Positions 1 through 13,465 of a stretch of DNA of 64,000 bases are shown here, piece by piece (positions within the stretch are counted from its first letter, which is position 1; every line of letters begins with the position of its first letter). This DNA comes from Haliotis rufescens. Taxonomy: Eukaryota. Location: assembly GCF_023055435.1 (NCBI RefSeq), contig NW_025964112.1:60202001-60266000 (forward strand), read 5' to 3'. Both the position numbers and the translations under genes were made by a program. The notes beneath the pieces were generated by a model, which searched no databases, was not told where the DNA came from, and saw nothing but the letters and a program-made list of their open reading frames with translations.

Positions 1-165
1 ACCTTGAATATGCAAATGCTTGTCAGATCTGCTGTAAGATCCAGCCATGAAAATGAGATCATTACAATGAGATTTCCGTCCAGCCAGAGCAAGACCTAAG
101 CCCCCAAATCAACACTCGGACATACGAATATTCGCCAAATTCCATTACGTTTTTCTCTCCGTCAC

Positions 166-221
166 AAGAAGAAGAAGAAGGAGAAGAGGGGTAAGAAGAA
201 GAAGGAGAAGAAGAAGAAGAA
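166..221 (+). repeat. (GAA)n/(GGA) purine microsatellite
   Basis: Imperfect aagaagaagaag... run directly abutting the 5'-truncated LINE. Confidence 0.9.
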
Positions 222-1430
222 ATTCAGGGAATTGACACCCTCACACGAAGCATCATGTCAGACAATAGATCCACCACCCTCGCTCTTCCCTCAATCGCTT
301 ATATTTACCAATCATTATGGGAGGACGTGGTTTGATTAACGTTGGGGCTTTTCATGATAGAATTTTTTGGTGCACTTTTGCACACATTTATTTGTTTGGT
401 GATCCTCTTGTGAAGCATGTCAAGACTCATGATGAAAACAAGGCATTCCACAGTTTTCTAAAACGAGCCAGGGATGTTGGGCATAATCTCAATGTCGGTG
501 TTGATTTTGTTGATGGTTCTGTACTGCTTGGCGGTACAGAAATGAGTGTCAACCGAGCGAAGTGCCATATCAAGTCGGCCCAGACTCAGTTTTTAAAGGA
601 GAGGCTATCTGAACGACCACTGCATCGAGTTTATGTGTGCAATCCTGCAGAGTCCTTCGCTTGGATGAAGTCGTCTGGCCTGAAAAGCCTGAGTGAAACA
701 GAAGGCTTTCTGTTTGCTGCTCAGGACCAGTCACTTCCCACTCGAAACTGTCCGTGTGTGATTTTGCATCAAAATGTAAATATGAAATGTAGATTATGTA
801 ATGAATGTAATGAGACTGTCCAACACATTGTCAGTGGATGACCAGCTTTGGCACAAACGCAGTCTCTTAAGCGACATGATGGAGTGGCTCGATCCTTTTA
901 TTACTGTATTGCTTGTGATTTTGACACTGAGGTACATCCATGGTACGACCCAGAATATGTAGAGGGCGTCATGGAAAATGATAAATACAAAATTCTTTCC
1001 GTATACAGCCTCAGACGTATCAAGGCAATAAACCTGATCTTGCCCTTTTTGATAAATCCAATGAAATCATTTATATTGTTGAATTTTCTGTCCCTTTTGA
1101 CACTAAAGTGATTGCGAGATTCAGGAGACACATGGTAAAAATGCGGACCTCGCTTTCGAAATGTCTCGCTTGCATCCCTAGTACCAAGTTGTCTGACTGC
1201 CCATTGTTCTCGGTGCCTTAGGTTTTGTACCTCCCAATCTGTTGACTGACATTGGGAGAGTGCCCCGGTTTGCTTCCAGGAATACAGCCCTTCTGACAAC
1301 CTGGGTATTGCAGAAGTCTGCAGTGGGGGGAGTCTTCACATTCTCCGAAAAGTTTTCGTTGGGTTTGACTCGACAGCGCTTCCTGGGAAAAGTCCCTTGA
1401 CCTGTATTATCATTACTATTATTAATACTA
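222..1430 (+). mobile_element. Decayed, 5'-truncated RLE-type non-LTR retrotransposon (R4/Dong/NeSL-like), C-terminal region
   Basis: Frameshifted translation gives HHPRSSLNRLYLP..GGRGL, ETEGFLFAAQDQSLPTRN, a CCHC-like knuckle CRLCNECNETVQHIVSG* (stop at the last Cys) and RHDGVAR. A (TAT)-rich tail lies at ~1405-1430. Confidence 0.8.
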
Positions 1431-2519
1431 TCTACGCATTTTCACTGAACATATCTATGTCTGTATGTGTCTACATATGCGTATATATCCTCTCGGTATC
1501 AGCTGTTGTGTTTTATAAGAAAAAAACTTAACTTAACTTGACTTGGAATACAGTGTAACCCATTCTCGTCACGGGCTAAGGGCATAATGGCTTGTGTGTG
1601 TAATATTCAAAAGGATTTTTTTCTTTTATATATTTAATCAATATATCGTTCATTAAACTTCCCCTTATACTGAATGAAGTTTCTTTAATCTTGTCAAAGA
1701 ATATTCCCTGATCATCCAAGCCACTGTCCCAATACCGCGTTCTCCTCTCTGTTATTTTCGTAAGACTGGACCATTAAGAACCGGCACCATTGAGATCAAA
1801 AAGCAAATAAGCCTCACAGCGCCCATGGCCAGAGCAAATTAATACATGTTTTCCTTGTACAGAGCTCTAGCACCGAGACTCCAATTGTCCCCAATACAGA
1901 GCTTAACACCCCCTCAGATCCGCCAAGAGGCGTTTATTGACCAAAATCCAATTTCTTCTCCTTCAGTCGAGTTTATTGTTTGTATTAAGTTTCATTCTTG
2001 AGTCCGCTGTACTGGTGAGCACAAATCGACTCAGTTGTCATAACAACAGCAGTTCATACATTGATTGGTCAGGCATTGATCTGAGATCGATATTGTATGA
2101 TCCATCCTTTGTCTGGGTGTCCACGCTGCCAAAACAAGGACATGTTTGAATGCTTCCATGTTCACATTCCATTATTGATGTCACGTCAGAACGGATACTG
2201 AATCAAGAGACTTGATCGGAAAGGCTTTGAGTTTGGGAATTGCCATTGACCAAAGTCAGCAGAAAGCAGAACTCGTTTCGCAGGACAGCTTGACTGGCTT
2301 TCAGGTACCGTGACAACGAGACGCATCCCCTGTTGTAGAGATCCGACACATGTGGATTCGTATCCCAGGTCCCAAACGATTTATTTTAGCATTAAACAGA
2401 GAGTCAATGGTTATACCGTGTTGCGCCACTTTGAGTTTATATTTCTTCAACTGTCACTGTTACCCTTAAGAAGACACGCTGCTATTCCCGTTTCTTTTAT
2501 CAATAACAACAATTCCAAT

Positions 2520-2728
2520 ACCATTTTAACACGATACCCCACTCAGACACAGTATAATGACTCCAAGCCGACCAGTCCTTCTTTTATTCCTAGCACTGCA
2601 GGGCGTCTCCAGGCAGAGTAACAACAAGTACCATCTTTAACGTGTTTTCGTATGACCCATCCGGGGATAGAACCACCGACCTTACTCTCTCCGGGCAGAC
2701 GCTCTATCCACTAGACCACGGAGGCGAT
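2520..2728 (-). mobile_element. Family B SINE (Meta/MESC-like), partial copy
   Basis: Reverse-complement match to the head and core of 11733-12084. Confidence 0.8.
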
Positions 2729-3819
2729 CGGCAATATCAGAAACAACATGTATTAATATAATAGAGGTTATTGTGTGAATACAGTTCTTGAAAGATATGT
2801 ATATAGATCGAAAACAATGTGTCTCGAAATTACAAAATCGATCCATGGTATCCGGCAGATTCGCTGACCAAGGGACATAAATTATTTATCTAACCTCACA
2901 CAACTGGCCACAGTGTAATCCCAGTTCAGTTCTGTATTCTCATTCTCAAGTTTTCTGCATATTAAGTATGTTTTTGTCCTCGAGAGGGTATCAGAGGCAT
3001 AGTTTGCTTGTTAACCGATCCACTTTCCAATTTGTTGAAAATAAATATTTATAATGCAAAACACGTCTTACATATTGTTAGTGTTATGAGCAGTGGAATA
3101 TAAAAGGATCCCTCCAATCACTCCATTTTCAATTACACGGTGGGTCCTAAACCTAGTTTTTGACAGAATCCAATATGCTGTTTTTCCAAACGCCCTTCCT
3201 GAAATGTTGTTCTGCACAGCTCATGAACTTTTCAACCCGCGGCAATAGCACATCTGAGACACTGATGCCAGCATTAACCGCTTGTTAACAACTATTCAGA
3301 CACATGCAGCCATTGTTGCTGGGATGCTGGTAAAGTAAGGAAAACGTATGTGTAGTGACAAATATTTCTTGCATTTACATGCAGTTATTATGATTAGCAT
3401 GGTTAGAAAACATTTTGAAAAGAATATCATCAAGAAATATTGAAATTACATCTGGGATGTAGACACGTCCTACATGTCGAGCAAGACATACCTACCCTTT
3501 CGCGAACACCTGGAGTCATCTTTTATTTTGCAGTTATCCATTCCCATAATTTTCCTCACTATTTAGCCTTGTTCGCCCCATTGAACCCGTTTCGGCGGAT
3601 ATTCGAAATTGTTTGTTCTCTGGCGTTGACGATTTCAGTTTCTACATCTCAAAAGACATGGTTTCCTCTAGGCTTACTAAATGAGTAAGGGCACTTTGAT
3701 GGAGTTCTACTATTAGATGGATATTGTGAACTGCGCTATTTCTTTGATTAGAATTATCATTAATCTGTATAATTACATTGTCTGTTTCCTGATAAAAGGT
3801 AACCTGATACAATCAACAC

Positions 3820-4245
3820 AATATACTTGCATGGTCTTATTACATAGTACTACATCAAACGGGCCTTGTTTGGGTATTGTGGCTGAACATATGGATAAAG
3901 TAATCCTATATACTTGCATGGAATTATTATGAAGTACTACATGAAACGGGCCTTGTTTGGGTATTGTGACTGAACTTATTGTTAAAGTAATTCTATATAC
4001 TTACATAGTCTTATTACATAGTACTATATGAAACGGGCCTTGTTTGGGTATTGTGACTGAATACATGAATAAAGTAATCCTATATACTTGCATGGTATTA
4101 TTACACAGTACTACATGAAACGGGCCTTGTTTATGTATTGTGACTGAATACATGGATAAAGTAGTCCTATATACTTGCATGGTATTATTATGAAGTACTA
4201 CATCAAAAGGGCCTTGTTTGGGTATTGTGACTGAGTATAGATACA
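3820..4245. repeat. 87-bp tandem repeat, ~5 copies
   Basis: tatacttgc motif recurs at 3822, 3909, 3996, 4083 and 4170. Confidence 0.9.
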
Positions 4246-5657
4246 GAAATCCTAATCACAGTTAACAAATTGTTTCCACGCAGCAAAGAGGAGAGTAGAA
4301 GGCGTCAAGTCAGCTTAGCACCAGAACCGAACCCCCTTTTGCAAAAGCAATTAGAAGTGTCAAAAACTATTTTGTTGGAGTAGGCGTCCGGCAATAGCAG
4401 TTAAGTGACGACGTAACCCCTAGGGTAGAGAAAGAAGATGTCGAAGGTGTGCCTACCCCTCGGGTCTAGTCATTACCCCCCACTTAGCATCTCGCGAGAG
4501 CTGCCCGTGGGGTACGACTTACAATTAGGGATGCACGAACTGCGATTTATAGTTGGAATGTTCCCTGAAGGAAGGCGGCATTTAAACTGTTACTGGTTCT
4601 TACAAGGAAAGCAGACGTGGCTGGTACCCTAGGCATACCTTTTATAGTTTAAACAAAAAGTAATCAATATTTTCTGGTACTGTGCACTTTCTCGTATGAA
4701 AACATTTCGATAATTTGACATTTTGTTGGAAATATCGACAATACTTGTGAACAAGGTCATGTATGGTGACTATTAAAACCACACGATTACATTGTATCTC
4801 CTATCACAATCAATGAAAGTTACAGCCACTGCGTATTTTCAACACTTTGACAATGCAGTACACATAATATCGAATTCGAATTTCAAAATTTATTCATATG
4901 TCAGAAATGATTCAGTTATGAAAGAGGAACATCCATCATAAAACGACAATCACTACCGAATAAAGGTCAAAGTTCCACATATTTATTCTTTGAAACGAAT
5001 TAATGGCGCCTACATGTAATTCCTGGCCGTATCATCCAGTGCTGTACTGTGACCAGGAAAACTGAATGGTACCCCAGTAAACAACCCCATTATCATAGCA
5101 GAGGAGATGTCTAGGATCTCGCCCATTCTCATCTCTCACTCTGGCTTCAAATCGATAATGTTGATTGGTTTACACTCGGATCAATATAGCCAGTGAACGC
5201 TCACTGTTACTCCATTCTGAGTCCCTACCAAACTTGCCCTCCTGAGGAACAAGGTCGTGTTGAACGAACCCTTTTCATCGCCCGCCTAGATCAAAACAAG
5301 ATGCGCAGTAATACCAAGTACATTGAAGTTTTATCGTATACAATGAAAACATTACACGGCATAACTTCAAATGCAGCACCTATGATGAAAAAAGTGTTGC
5401 ATTAAAACCAATTCCGGCTATTGTTTAAATATTTGAATATGGGCTTTTGGTTAAGATTGTGATGGTTGTCATAGTAACATATGTGACACGTCCATTACAG
5501 GACGAAAAAAGAGCACGACACGCAGTAGACAATGTCAGCTAATGATAACGTGTTTCGCATTTCTTTTTTACACGAATTAAGTGGAATATACACCAGACAG
5601 CGATGGAAGAACTACGTCGGTTCCATATTTATACAACACCATTCTCGTCCACGTGGA

Positions 5658-5820
5658 GTGTGAGTGAGTTTGGTTTTACGCCGCTTTTAGCAATATTCCA
5701 GCAATATCACGGCGGGGGACACCAGAAATGGGCTTCACACATTGTACCCATTTCGGGAATTGAACCCGGGTCTTCGGCGTGACGAGCGAACGCTTTAACC
5801 TCTAGGCTACCCGACCGCCC
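5658..5820 (-). mobile_element. Family A short tRNA-derived SINE
   Basis: Near-exact reverse complement of 11265-11429, with A/B boxes, (ACTC)n tail and imperfect TSD ctcgtccacgtgga/ctcgttcacctgga. Confidence 0.9.
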
Positions 5821-5944
5821 CTCGTTCACCTGGAACTGTGGTATGTACACACAGGATGGCACGAATGTCTTAGCTTTGGTGCGAGACCTAATTCAAAGGT
5901 CATGGTGAAAATCTTGGGCGTTCTGTTATCCTATTATTTGTGTG

Positions 5945-6100
5945 TTTGTTTTTTTAACGTCGCACTCAGCAAAAATCAAGCTATATAACGGCGGTCTGTA
6001 AATAGGTCTGCACAAGATAACCCTGTGATTGACATCATAAGCATCGATCTACGTTATTGGGATACCATGACATGCAGCAACCAAGTCAGCGAGCCTCAAC
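5945..6100 (-). mobile_element. Family D retroposon, diverged 3' part
   Basis: cgcactcagcaa..ggcggtctgtaaata..aaccaagtcagcgagcc matches 50893-51143. Confidence 0.75.
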
Positions 6101-6337
6101 AGCAAGCCGAAGAATTACGTTTTTCAGGACATCCAGTTTGGTCGGCGAGCAATCAATTTGGGGGTATAATCTGAGGCACAATAAGTTTTTCCAAAAAATT
6201 CTGGAATAAATTATTTCTTTTCAAATGATGGGACCCATATCGCTATAACAGTTTATGATACTCTGTGGTATATGGTACTCTCTGCTATATGGTACTCTCT
6301 GGTATATGGTATATGGAATGGCGTCACATGAGATTTA

Positions 6338-6950
6338 TAACACCAGACCATCACCTTCGCATTGGTCCGGAACAATCTCTTAACACCAAACTATAACCTT
6401 CACATTGGCACGGAACAATCTCTAACACCAGACCATCACCTTCACATTGGCACCAAACAATCTCTAACACCAGACCACCACCTTCAAATTGGCACCAAAC
6501 AATCTCTAACACCAGACCATCACCTTCACACTGGCACGAAACAATCTCTAACACCAGACCATCACCTTCACATTGGCACCAAACAATCTCTAACACCAGA
6601 CCATCACCTTCACATTGGCACCAAACAATCTCTAACACCAGACCACCACCTTCACATTGGCACCAAACAATCTCTAACACCAGACCACCACCTTCACATT
6701 GGCACGGAACAATCTCTAACACCAGACCATGCACCACCTTCACATTGGCACCAAACAATCTCTTATACTAGACCACCACCTTCACATTGGCACGGAACAA
6801 TCTCTAACACCAGACCATGCACCACCTTCACATTGGCACGGAACAATCTCTTGTACTAGACCACCACCTTCACATTGGCACGGAACAATCTCTAAACACC
6901 AGACCGCCACCTTCACATTGGCACGAAACAAGCCCTTATACTAGACCATC
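6338..6950. repeat. 42-bp minisatellite, ~14 copies
   Basis: Unit aacaccagaccatcaccttcacattggcaccaaacaatctct. Confidence 0.95.
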
Positions 6951-8634
6951 GCCTACATATTGCCTCGGGATAATGATATAACACGCAAACATCATTCCAG
7001 ATCCCACTTGTACAATACAATGTTAGTGCTACGAGAACCGTAAGTTTATGATGGAGTATCTTAGTTAAGATCGTCGTAGCGCTAAGGTCGCTTGTGCAAG
7101 TGTATGCCGGTGTGTTGGCCCGGAACAGTGGTTTTACACAAGGATGTCACCTACTTACTGTCCCAGAACGTTTCTATGTAACATCAATTGTTGGACGACA
7201 TCACACGCACACCTCCACCATAATGATGCCGTTACAGTCATCCCCAGAGACCATAATTCCGGCGTACAGCACAGCTGATCGCGGAAGACAAGTCACACTG
7301 CATTACTTATTCATCGCCATCTTTAAGCCCTTTGTCAGCTCGGTATTGTATAGGAGGACTATTAGTCTACGACGGATATTCTGAAAGGACTTGATGGCGT
7401 AATGCATATTCAAGATTATGAAGTCTCAAATGGTGTTTTTGCTTGACATTCTCATTTTGATCAATGACACATACCTTAAGGAGCGTGACGTGACAGTCTT
7501 AGTTGATCACAATCTTGTATTTCTCGAGGGATGTTTGTTTGTTTGTCTGTCTGTCTGTCTGTTTGTTTGTTTGTACCTTGGGGGTACGATGACATGCATG
7601 TAGTCAACCCAGTCACCGAGCAGATCCAACCGATCCATTTGGTCGCCTCTTTCGACCAGCATAGGTTACACGGTTCCTATTACAACCCGGAAGAAGTAAC
7701 AAACCTGACTAACACGAGATTATCCCCAACGCAAAGCTATCTTGTCATGCTAACGTTATCGAATTCTAACGATTATATTCACATATGCACGCACTCATCA
7801 TAGCCACGTGGAGCTGCATTCAGTATTGTGTACCATTGAACGATACTTCTTGTTTGCTAAATAGAATCCTAAGTGGCTTCCATGACATGGCTATCGACAT
7901 TCAGTAGAGACCTTTCAAAAACTAGCAGTGGCTTGGTAGTCATTTCTAAAAGATACAGGGCTGCATATTTTCGTCATAATTACACGCGTGTTTTAGAACA
8001 GGCTTCAGACAATAGATCTGCAGTATGACACAAAAGCCCATCCTGGGTTTGAGAAAGCACATTTGGTCACGGAAACCTATATGCCGCTATGGCGTGGGGT
8101 ACTGCACACTGACTCATCGATCTCCTGGCCTGTTTTTGCAGCGTTCTGGATTAGGCAATTAACTATTCAATCGATGGAATACAAACTGCGGAAACCATGG
8201 ATAGAGAAACCCTTCCACATCTTCACCACTCACTTCACTCCGTTAAGTGGAAACACCAGTCCTTGATTTAATCATTATTCATGCTGATACAGACCGATTC
8301 AAGGTAAAGGTTATACAATTCATGTCTCTATTTGTAGGATAGGCTAGGGCATGAGAGTGCTGGTACATACGGTGTGCAGTTATACGACCCAGTTCAGGAC
8401 GATGGTTAAATCAAGGGAAGGACACCTTGTAACATTACTCGGTAGAGCAGAACTTGCTTATCCTTTTCGTGAAGACCTGGTGTAATCACTGCCTTTTTAG
8501 TGATCCATTCATCATTATTTTGCCTTTTACGTCATATTGAATCTATTTTGGCAGATATTGAAGATTGATTATTCTCTGGCGTTAACATTTTGAATGAACC
8601 AAATAATTACTGACACCACATTTGAGGTGGTCAG

Positions 8635-8765
8635 GTGACATGATATCGCCGTATCCCGACGGTGAGGATCGTTGCTTCTGATTACAACCACTGGTGTGTC
8701 TGGCCCAAACTCGATTATTTAGTCAGTCGTGATACAGATGGAATATTGCTTAATGCGGCGTTAAT
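8635..8765 (+). mobile_element. Family D retroposon, strongly diverged remnant
   Basis: gtggtcagg..cactggtgtgtctggcccaaactcgattattt..ggaatattgcttaatgcggcgttaa. Confidence 0.6.
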
Positions 8766-8769
8766 TCTC

Positions 8770-10330
8770 ATGTTAACTGCAGGACTCCTCAATGAACCCA
8801 GTGCCTATTGCTCTCAGTGGTTTAGAGAATGTTGACTGACAGGATTCTGTCTGAACCCAGAGCCTATTACTCTCAGTGGTTTAGAGAACGTTGACTGACA
8901 GGATTCCTCACCGAACCAAGTGCCTATTGCTCTCAGTACTTTAGAGAATGTTGACTGGCAGGATTCTGTCTGAACCCAGTGCCTATTACTCTCAGTGGTT
9001 TAGAGAATGTTGACTGGCAGGACTCCTCAATGAACCCAGTGCCTATTGCTCTCAGTGGTTTAGAGAATGTTGACTGACAGGATTCTGTCTGAACCCAGAG
9101 CCTATTACTCTCAGTGGTTTAGAGAACGTTGACTGACAGGATTCCTCACCGAACCAAGTGCCTATTGCTCTCAGTACTTTAGAGTACGTTGACTGGCAGT
9201 ATTTCCTACTGAACCCAGTGTCTATTACTCTCAGTGGTTAAGAGAATGTTGACTGGCAGGATTTATCACTGAACCAAGTGCCTATTACTCTCAGTGGTTT
9301 AGAGAACGTTGACTGGCAGGATTCCTCACTTAACCTAGTGCCTATTACTCTCAGTGGTTTAGAGAACGTTGACTGGCAGGGTTCCTCACTGAACCCAGTG
9401 TCTATTACTCTCAGTGGTTTAGAGAATGTTGACTGGCAGGATTCCTCACTGAACCAAGTGCCTATTACTCTCAGTGGTTTAGAGAACGTTGACTGGCAGG
9501 ATTCCTCACTTAACCTAGTGCCTATTACTCTCAGTGGTTTAGAGAACGTTGACTGGCAGGGTTCCTCACTTAACCTAGTGCCTATTACTCTCAGTGGTTT
9601 AGAGAACGTTGACTTGCAGTATTCCTCACTTAACCTAGTGCCTATTACTCTCGGTGCTTTAGAGAATGTTGACTGGCAGGATTCCTCACTTAACCTAGTG
9701 CCTATTACTCTCAGTGGTTTAGAGAACGTTGACTGGCAGGATTCCTCACTTAACCTAGTGCCTATTACTCTCAGTGGTTTAGAAAACGTTGACTGGCAGG
9801 GTTCCTCACTTAACCTAGTGCCTATTACTCTCAGTGGTTAAGAGAACGTTGACTGGCAGGATTCCTCATTGAACTCAGTGCCTATTACTCTCAGTGGTTT
9901 AGAGAATGTTGACTTGCAGTATTCCTCACTGAACCCAGTGTCTATTACTCTCAGCGGTTTAGAGAACGTTGACTGGCAGGATTCCTCACTTAACCTAGTG
10001 CCTATTGCTCTCAGTGGTTTAGAGAATGTTGACTTGCAGGATTCCTCAATGAACCCAGTGCCTATTACTCTCAGTGGTTTAGAGAATGTTGACTGGCAGG
10101 ATTCCTCACTGAACCTAGTGCCTATTACTCTCAGTGGTTTAGAAAACATTGACTGGCAGGATTCCTCACTTAACCTAGTGCCTATTACTCTCAGTGGTTT
10201 AGAGAACGTCGACTTGCAGGATTCCTCACTTAACCTAGTGCCTATTACTCTCAGTGGTTTAGAGAACGTTGACTGGCAGTATTCCTCACTTAACCTAGTG
10301 CCTATTACTCTCAGTGGTTTAGAGAATGTG
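8770..10330. repeat. 60-bp minisatellite, ~26 copies
   Basis: Unit agagaacgttgactggcaggattcctcacttaacctagtgcctattactctcagtggttt; copies align in register with the 60-nt lines. Confidence 0.97.
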
Positions 10331-11264
10331 TTTTTATACCGCCGACGATAAGGATCGCTTTGACAACAGAACAAGTCCAATGGATTTTACATAACTAAAT
10401 CGTATTTTTCCGACGATCCATCTTAAGTAAATTTTAAGATGATAAAAACAAATCTTTGTCGACCTTCAAACCAAAATGTTCACTATGGAATCTACAAACC
10501 GAAAAAGGAAAGTCTGGCCCTATTTAAGAACGGTGAGCTAGTTACTAGTGTTAACTGACAGCTCGCCAGAAAAGTCTGATCTGAGATGGTCAATTTCATG
10601 TCTTCTAACCACTACCACGTACACTGAACATGCTGGTAGATTGTTGAGATTTATGTTTATTAACAAGCTGTGTGTTGTATTCACGTCACAACAAGGTATG
10701 GATTATTTCAAAAGACGAGATACTTTAAAAGATGCTGAATATATGGTGATAGCGCCGTCACGCACACGACAATAATTAGCCACCATTGATCGGCATCAAA
10801 CTACTTGGTCAGGCTGTATCTGTTGGAAACCTCCTTCACAGATGCATTAGGAACGTCAATAGTCCTCAAAAAGCTAGCTCTCGAGAAGAAATTACTAACA
10901 AGATAAAATAAAGTTAGAGCCTAATAAGAGTGTCCTTAATTGGCTAAAGTGATTGGTTTAGTTTGTAATTGTTCCTGTGAGTGAAGATTGTGTCTCAATA
11001 TTTAACCTTGTCCTTGATTTAGATTCAGTGCAGTCATCGTATTCATCAGTGCGTGAGGGTATGAATGATTTATATCATGATATGCTTACAGGAAAGGGTT
11101 TGTCGCGTATATTAACAGGGGTGTAGAGTGTTACAAAAAACATATCACAAATACCACTGCACTAAAACGGTTACGTAGTGCCGATGGCTAACTTCAACGT
11201 GTACAGAATGGTCACTGAAATATTATCATATCTGAATGCACTTGCCTTCTTCAGGGCTTTTGGC

Positions 11265-11429
11265 GGGCGGTCGGGTAGCCTAGTGGTTAAAGCGTTCGCT
11301 CGTCACGCCGAAGACCCGGGTTCGATTCCCGACATGGGTACAATGTGTGAAGCCCATTTCTGGTGTCCCCCGCCGTGATATTGCTGGAATATTGCTAAAA
11401 GCGGCGTAAAACCATACTCAGTCAGTCAG
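11265..11429 (+). mobile_element. Family A short tRNA-derived SINE, full length
   Basis: A box TAGCCTAGTGG, B box GGTTCGATTCC, tail ctcagtcagtcag, TSD tcagggcttttggc on both sides. Confidence 0.92.
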
Positions 11430-11732
11430 TCAGGGCTTTTGGCAACCTAATGTCAGTCATCTCAAAGCTTACATTTGACAGTTCTCATTCTCACAATGAA
11501 GATCACAATAATGATATCACCCATGAGGCCATCCTTGAGATCTCCCATGATGAGATCACCGCCGCTTTCCGCCGTCCGATGACACAATATTCAATGGCTG
11601 CTGTGAAGTACGGTGTATGATCTCGCGAGATTAAAAATGAACAACACAGGTCAGTCTCCAAGTTAGTTACGAGTCGTTCATCCATTGAACTGCAGCTTAT
11701 CTAATTTGGATTATGTATTGTCATTCGCAGTG

Positions 11733-12084
11733 GACCTCCTCCGTGGTCTAGAGGTAGAGCGTCCGGTCGGAGAGCGGAAGGTCCGGGTTTCGATCCCCGA
11801 CCGCGTCATACCAAAAGACGTTAAAAGATGGTACTTGTTGTTACCCTGTCTGGCGCTCGGCATTAAGGGGCTAAAGCAAGGACTGGTCGGCTCGGAGTCA
11901 GTATACTTTGTCTGAGTGGGGTATTCATGTTAAACTGCGGCATGCTATCTCAGTGAGCTAGCACTATAAATCGGCATCAGTCCGGACTAGTACAAGCAGC
12001 CACACAAACACACACACGTACATGCACGTCGCTATATAAGTGCAATAATCTTGGACGCGACGTTAAACCCCATTTCACCTCACC
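11733..12084 (+). mobile_element. Family B tRNA-derived SINE with Meta/MESC-like core, full length
   Basis: A/B boxes (TGGTCTAGAGG, GTTTCGATCCC), core cgcgtcataccaaaagac...cagtgagctagcactataaa, tail (cacct)n, TSD tcattcgcagtg. The core-domain name is from recalled resemblance, not a search. Confidence 0.88.
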
Positions 12085-12754
12085 TCATTCGCAGTGCAGT
12101 ATAGGTTCGTACTAATATAGCACTGTAGTGTAGTCTTTGTCGCTCAACATGGCAACCGTGGATCAAAAACCCTTACCTTCTACCTATAAAATAGTAAATG
12201 ATAATATGTTTGAAGAACCATGTCATATCTCATATAGTCAAATAGCGACGTAGCACGTGGCACCTTGTTTTAATGCAGTATCACTTGACATTAACTTTAA
12301 ACGGTTACAAAGACAAATTGTGAAATTGCTTAAGAATAAAATACCGTTATACAATATGGCGTGATATCGACATTTACATAACAAGATTGAAATTGTTTTG
12401 TGTTGGACATGGCGCTAGCTGCAACTGCAAAAGGCGGTTTTGAATTGAAACATGAGGTTATATTTAACTTCGTGAAGCGCTATCAAGTTCCAAAGTCACT
12501 TTTTTATAGCGAGGTTAACACCAAATGCGTTTCGTAAATGGCGTTACGTGAAACTCCACATCGCTATGTAACAGTTTCAGATGAAGCTTTGAAACATCAC
12601 TGCAGGATACAGCTTAATCGGATTAGGGTCTGGATGCGGCTGGCAGATGTAAATCTGTTCATGTTGAATCATTACCGCTGGTATCCTCCGGGTCAAGGAC
12701 GGTCTCGTCACAGTACACAAGTTGTAGTGTAACATTCCCAGTATTGTAATTAAT

Positions 12755-13465
12755 TGTCAGATCATACAACTTGTACTACTGAACAACATCCCCTGTATCG
12801 TCAGATTATACAACTTGTACTATTAAACAACATCCCATCTATCGTCAGATCATACAACTTGTACTACTGAACAACATCCCCTGTATCGTCAGATATTACA
12901 ACTTGTACTATTAAACAACATCCCCTGTATCGTCAGATTATACAACTTGTACTCTTAAACATCATTCCATCTATCGTCAGATAATAAAACATGTACTCTT
13001 GAACAAAGTCCCCTGTATCGTCAGATTATACAACTTGTACTATTAAACAACATCCCCTCTATCGTCAGATTATAAAACTTGTACTCTTAAACAAAGTCCC
13101 CTGTATCCCCAGATTATACAACTTGTACTATCAAACAACATCCCCTGTATCGTCAGATTATACACCTTTGACTAGTGACATCACTTGTTTGGTCAGATTA
13201 TAAAACTTGTACTTTTGAACAAAGTCCCCTGTATCCCCAGATTATACAACTTGTACTATTGAACAACATCCCCTGTATCGTCAGATTATACAACTTTTAC
13301 TAGTGACATCACTTGTTTGGTCAGATTATAAAACTTGTACTTTTGAACAAAGTCCCCTGTATCGTCAGATTATACAACTTGTACTATTGAACAACATCCC
13401 CTCTATCGTCAGATTATACAACTTGTACTGTTGCACAAAGTCCGCTGTATCTTCAGATTATACAG
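12755..13465. repeat. ~44-bp minisatellite, ~16 copies
   Basis: Unit atcgtcagattatacaacttgtactattaaacaacatcccctgt. Confidence 0.93.

Noticed and set aside
6351-10380. Repeat ORFs (TPDHHLHIGTKQSL; PITLSGLENVDWQDSSLNLV)
   Set aside because: Artefacts of the 42- and 60-bp arrays; neighbouring units contain stops and indels
11265-11340. tRNA gene-like sequence (also at 5750-5820, 11733-11800 and 52260-52360)
   Set aside because: These are SINE heads: they continue into multi-copy bodies with tails and TSDs and lack an oligo-T terminator
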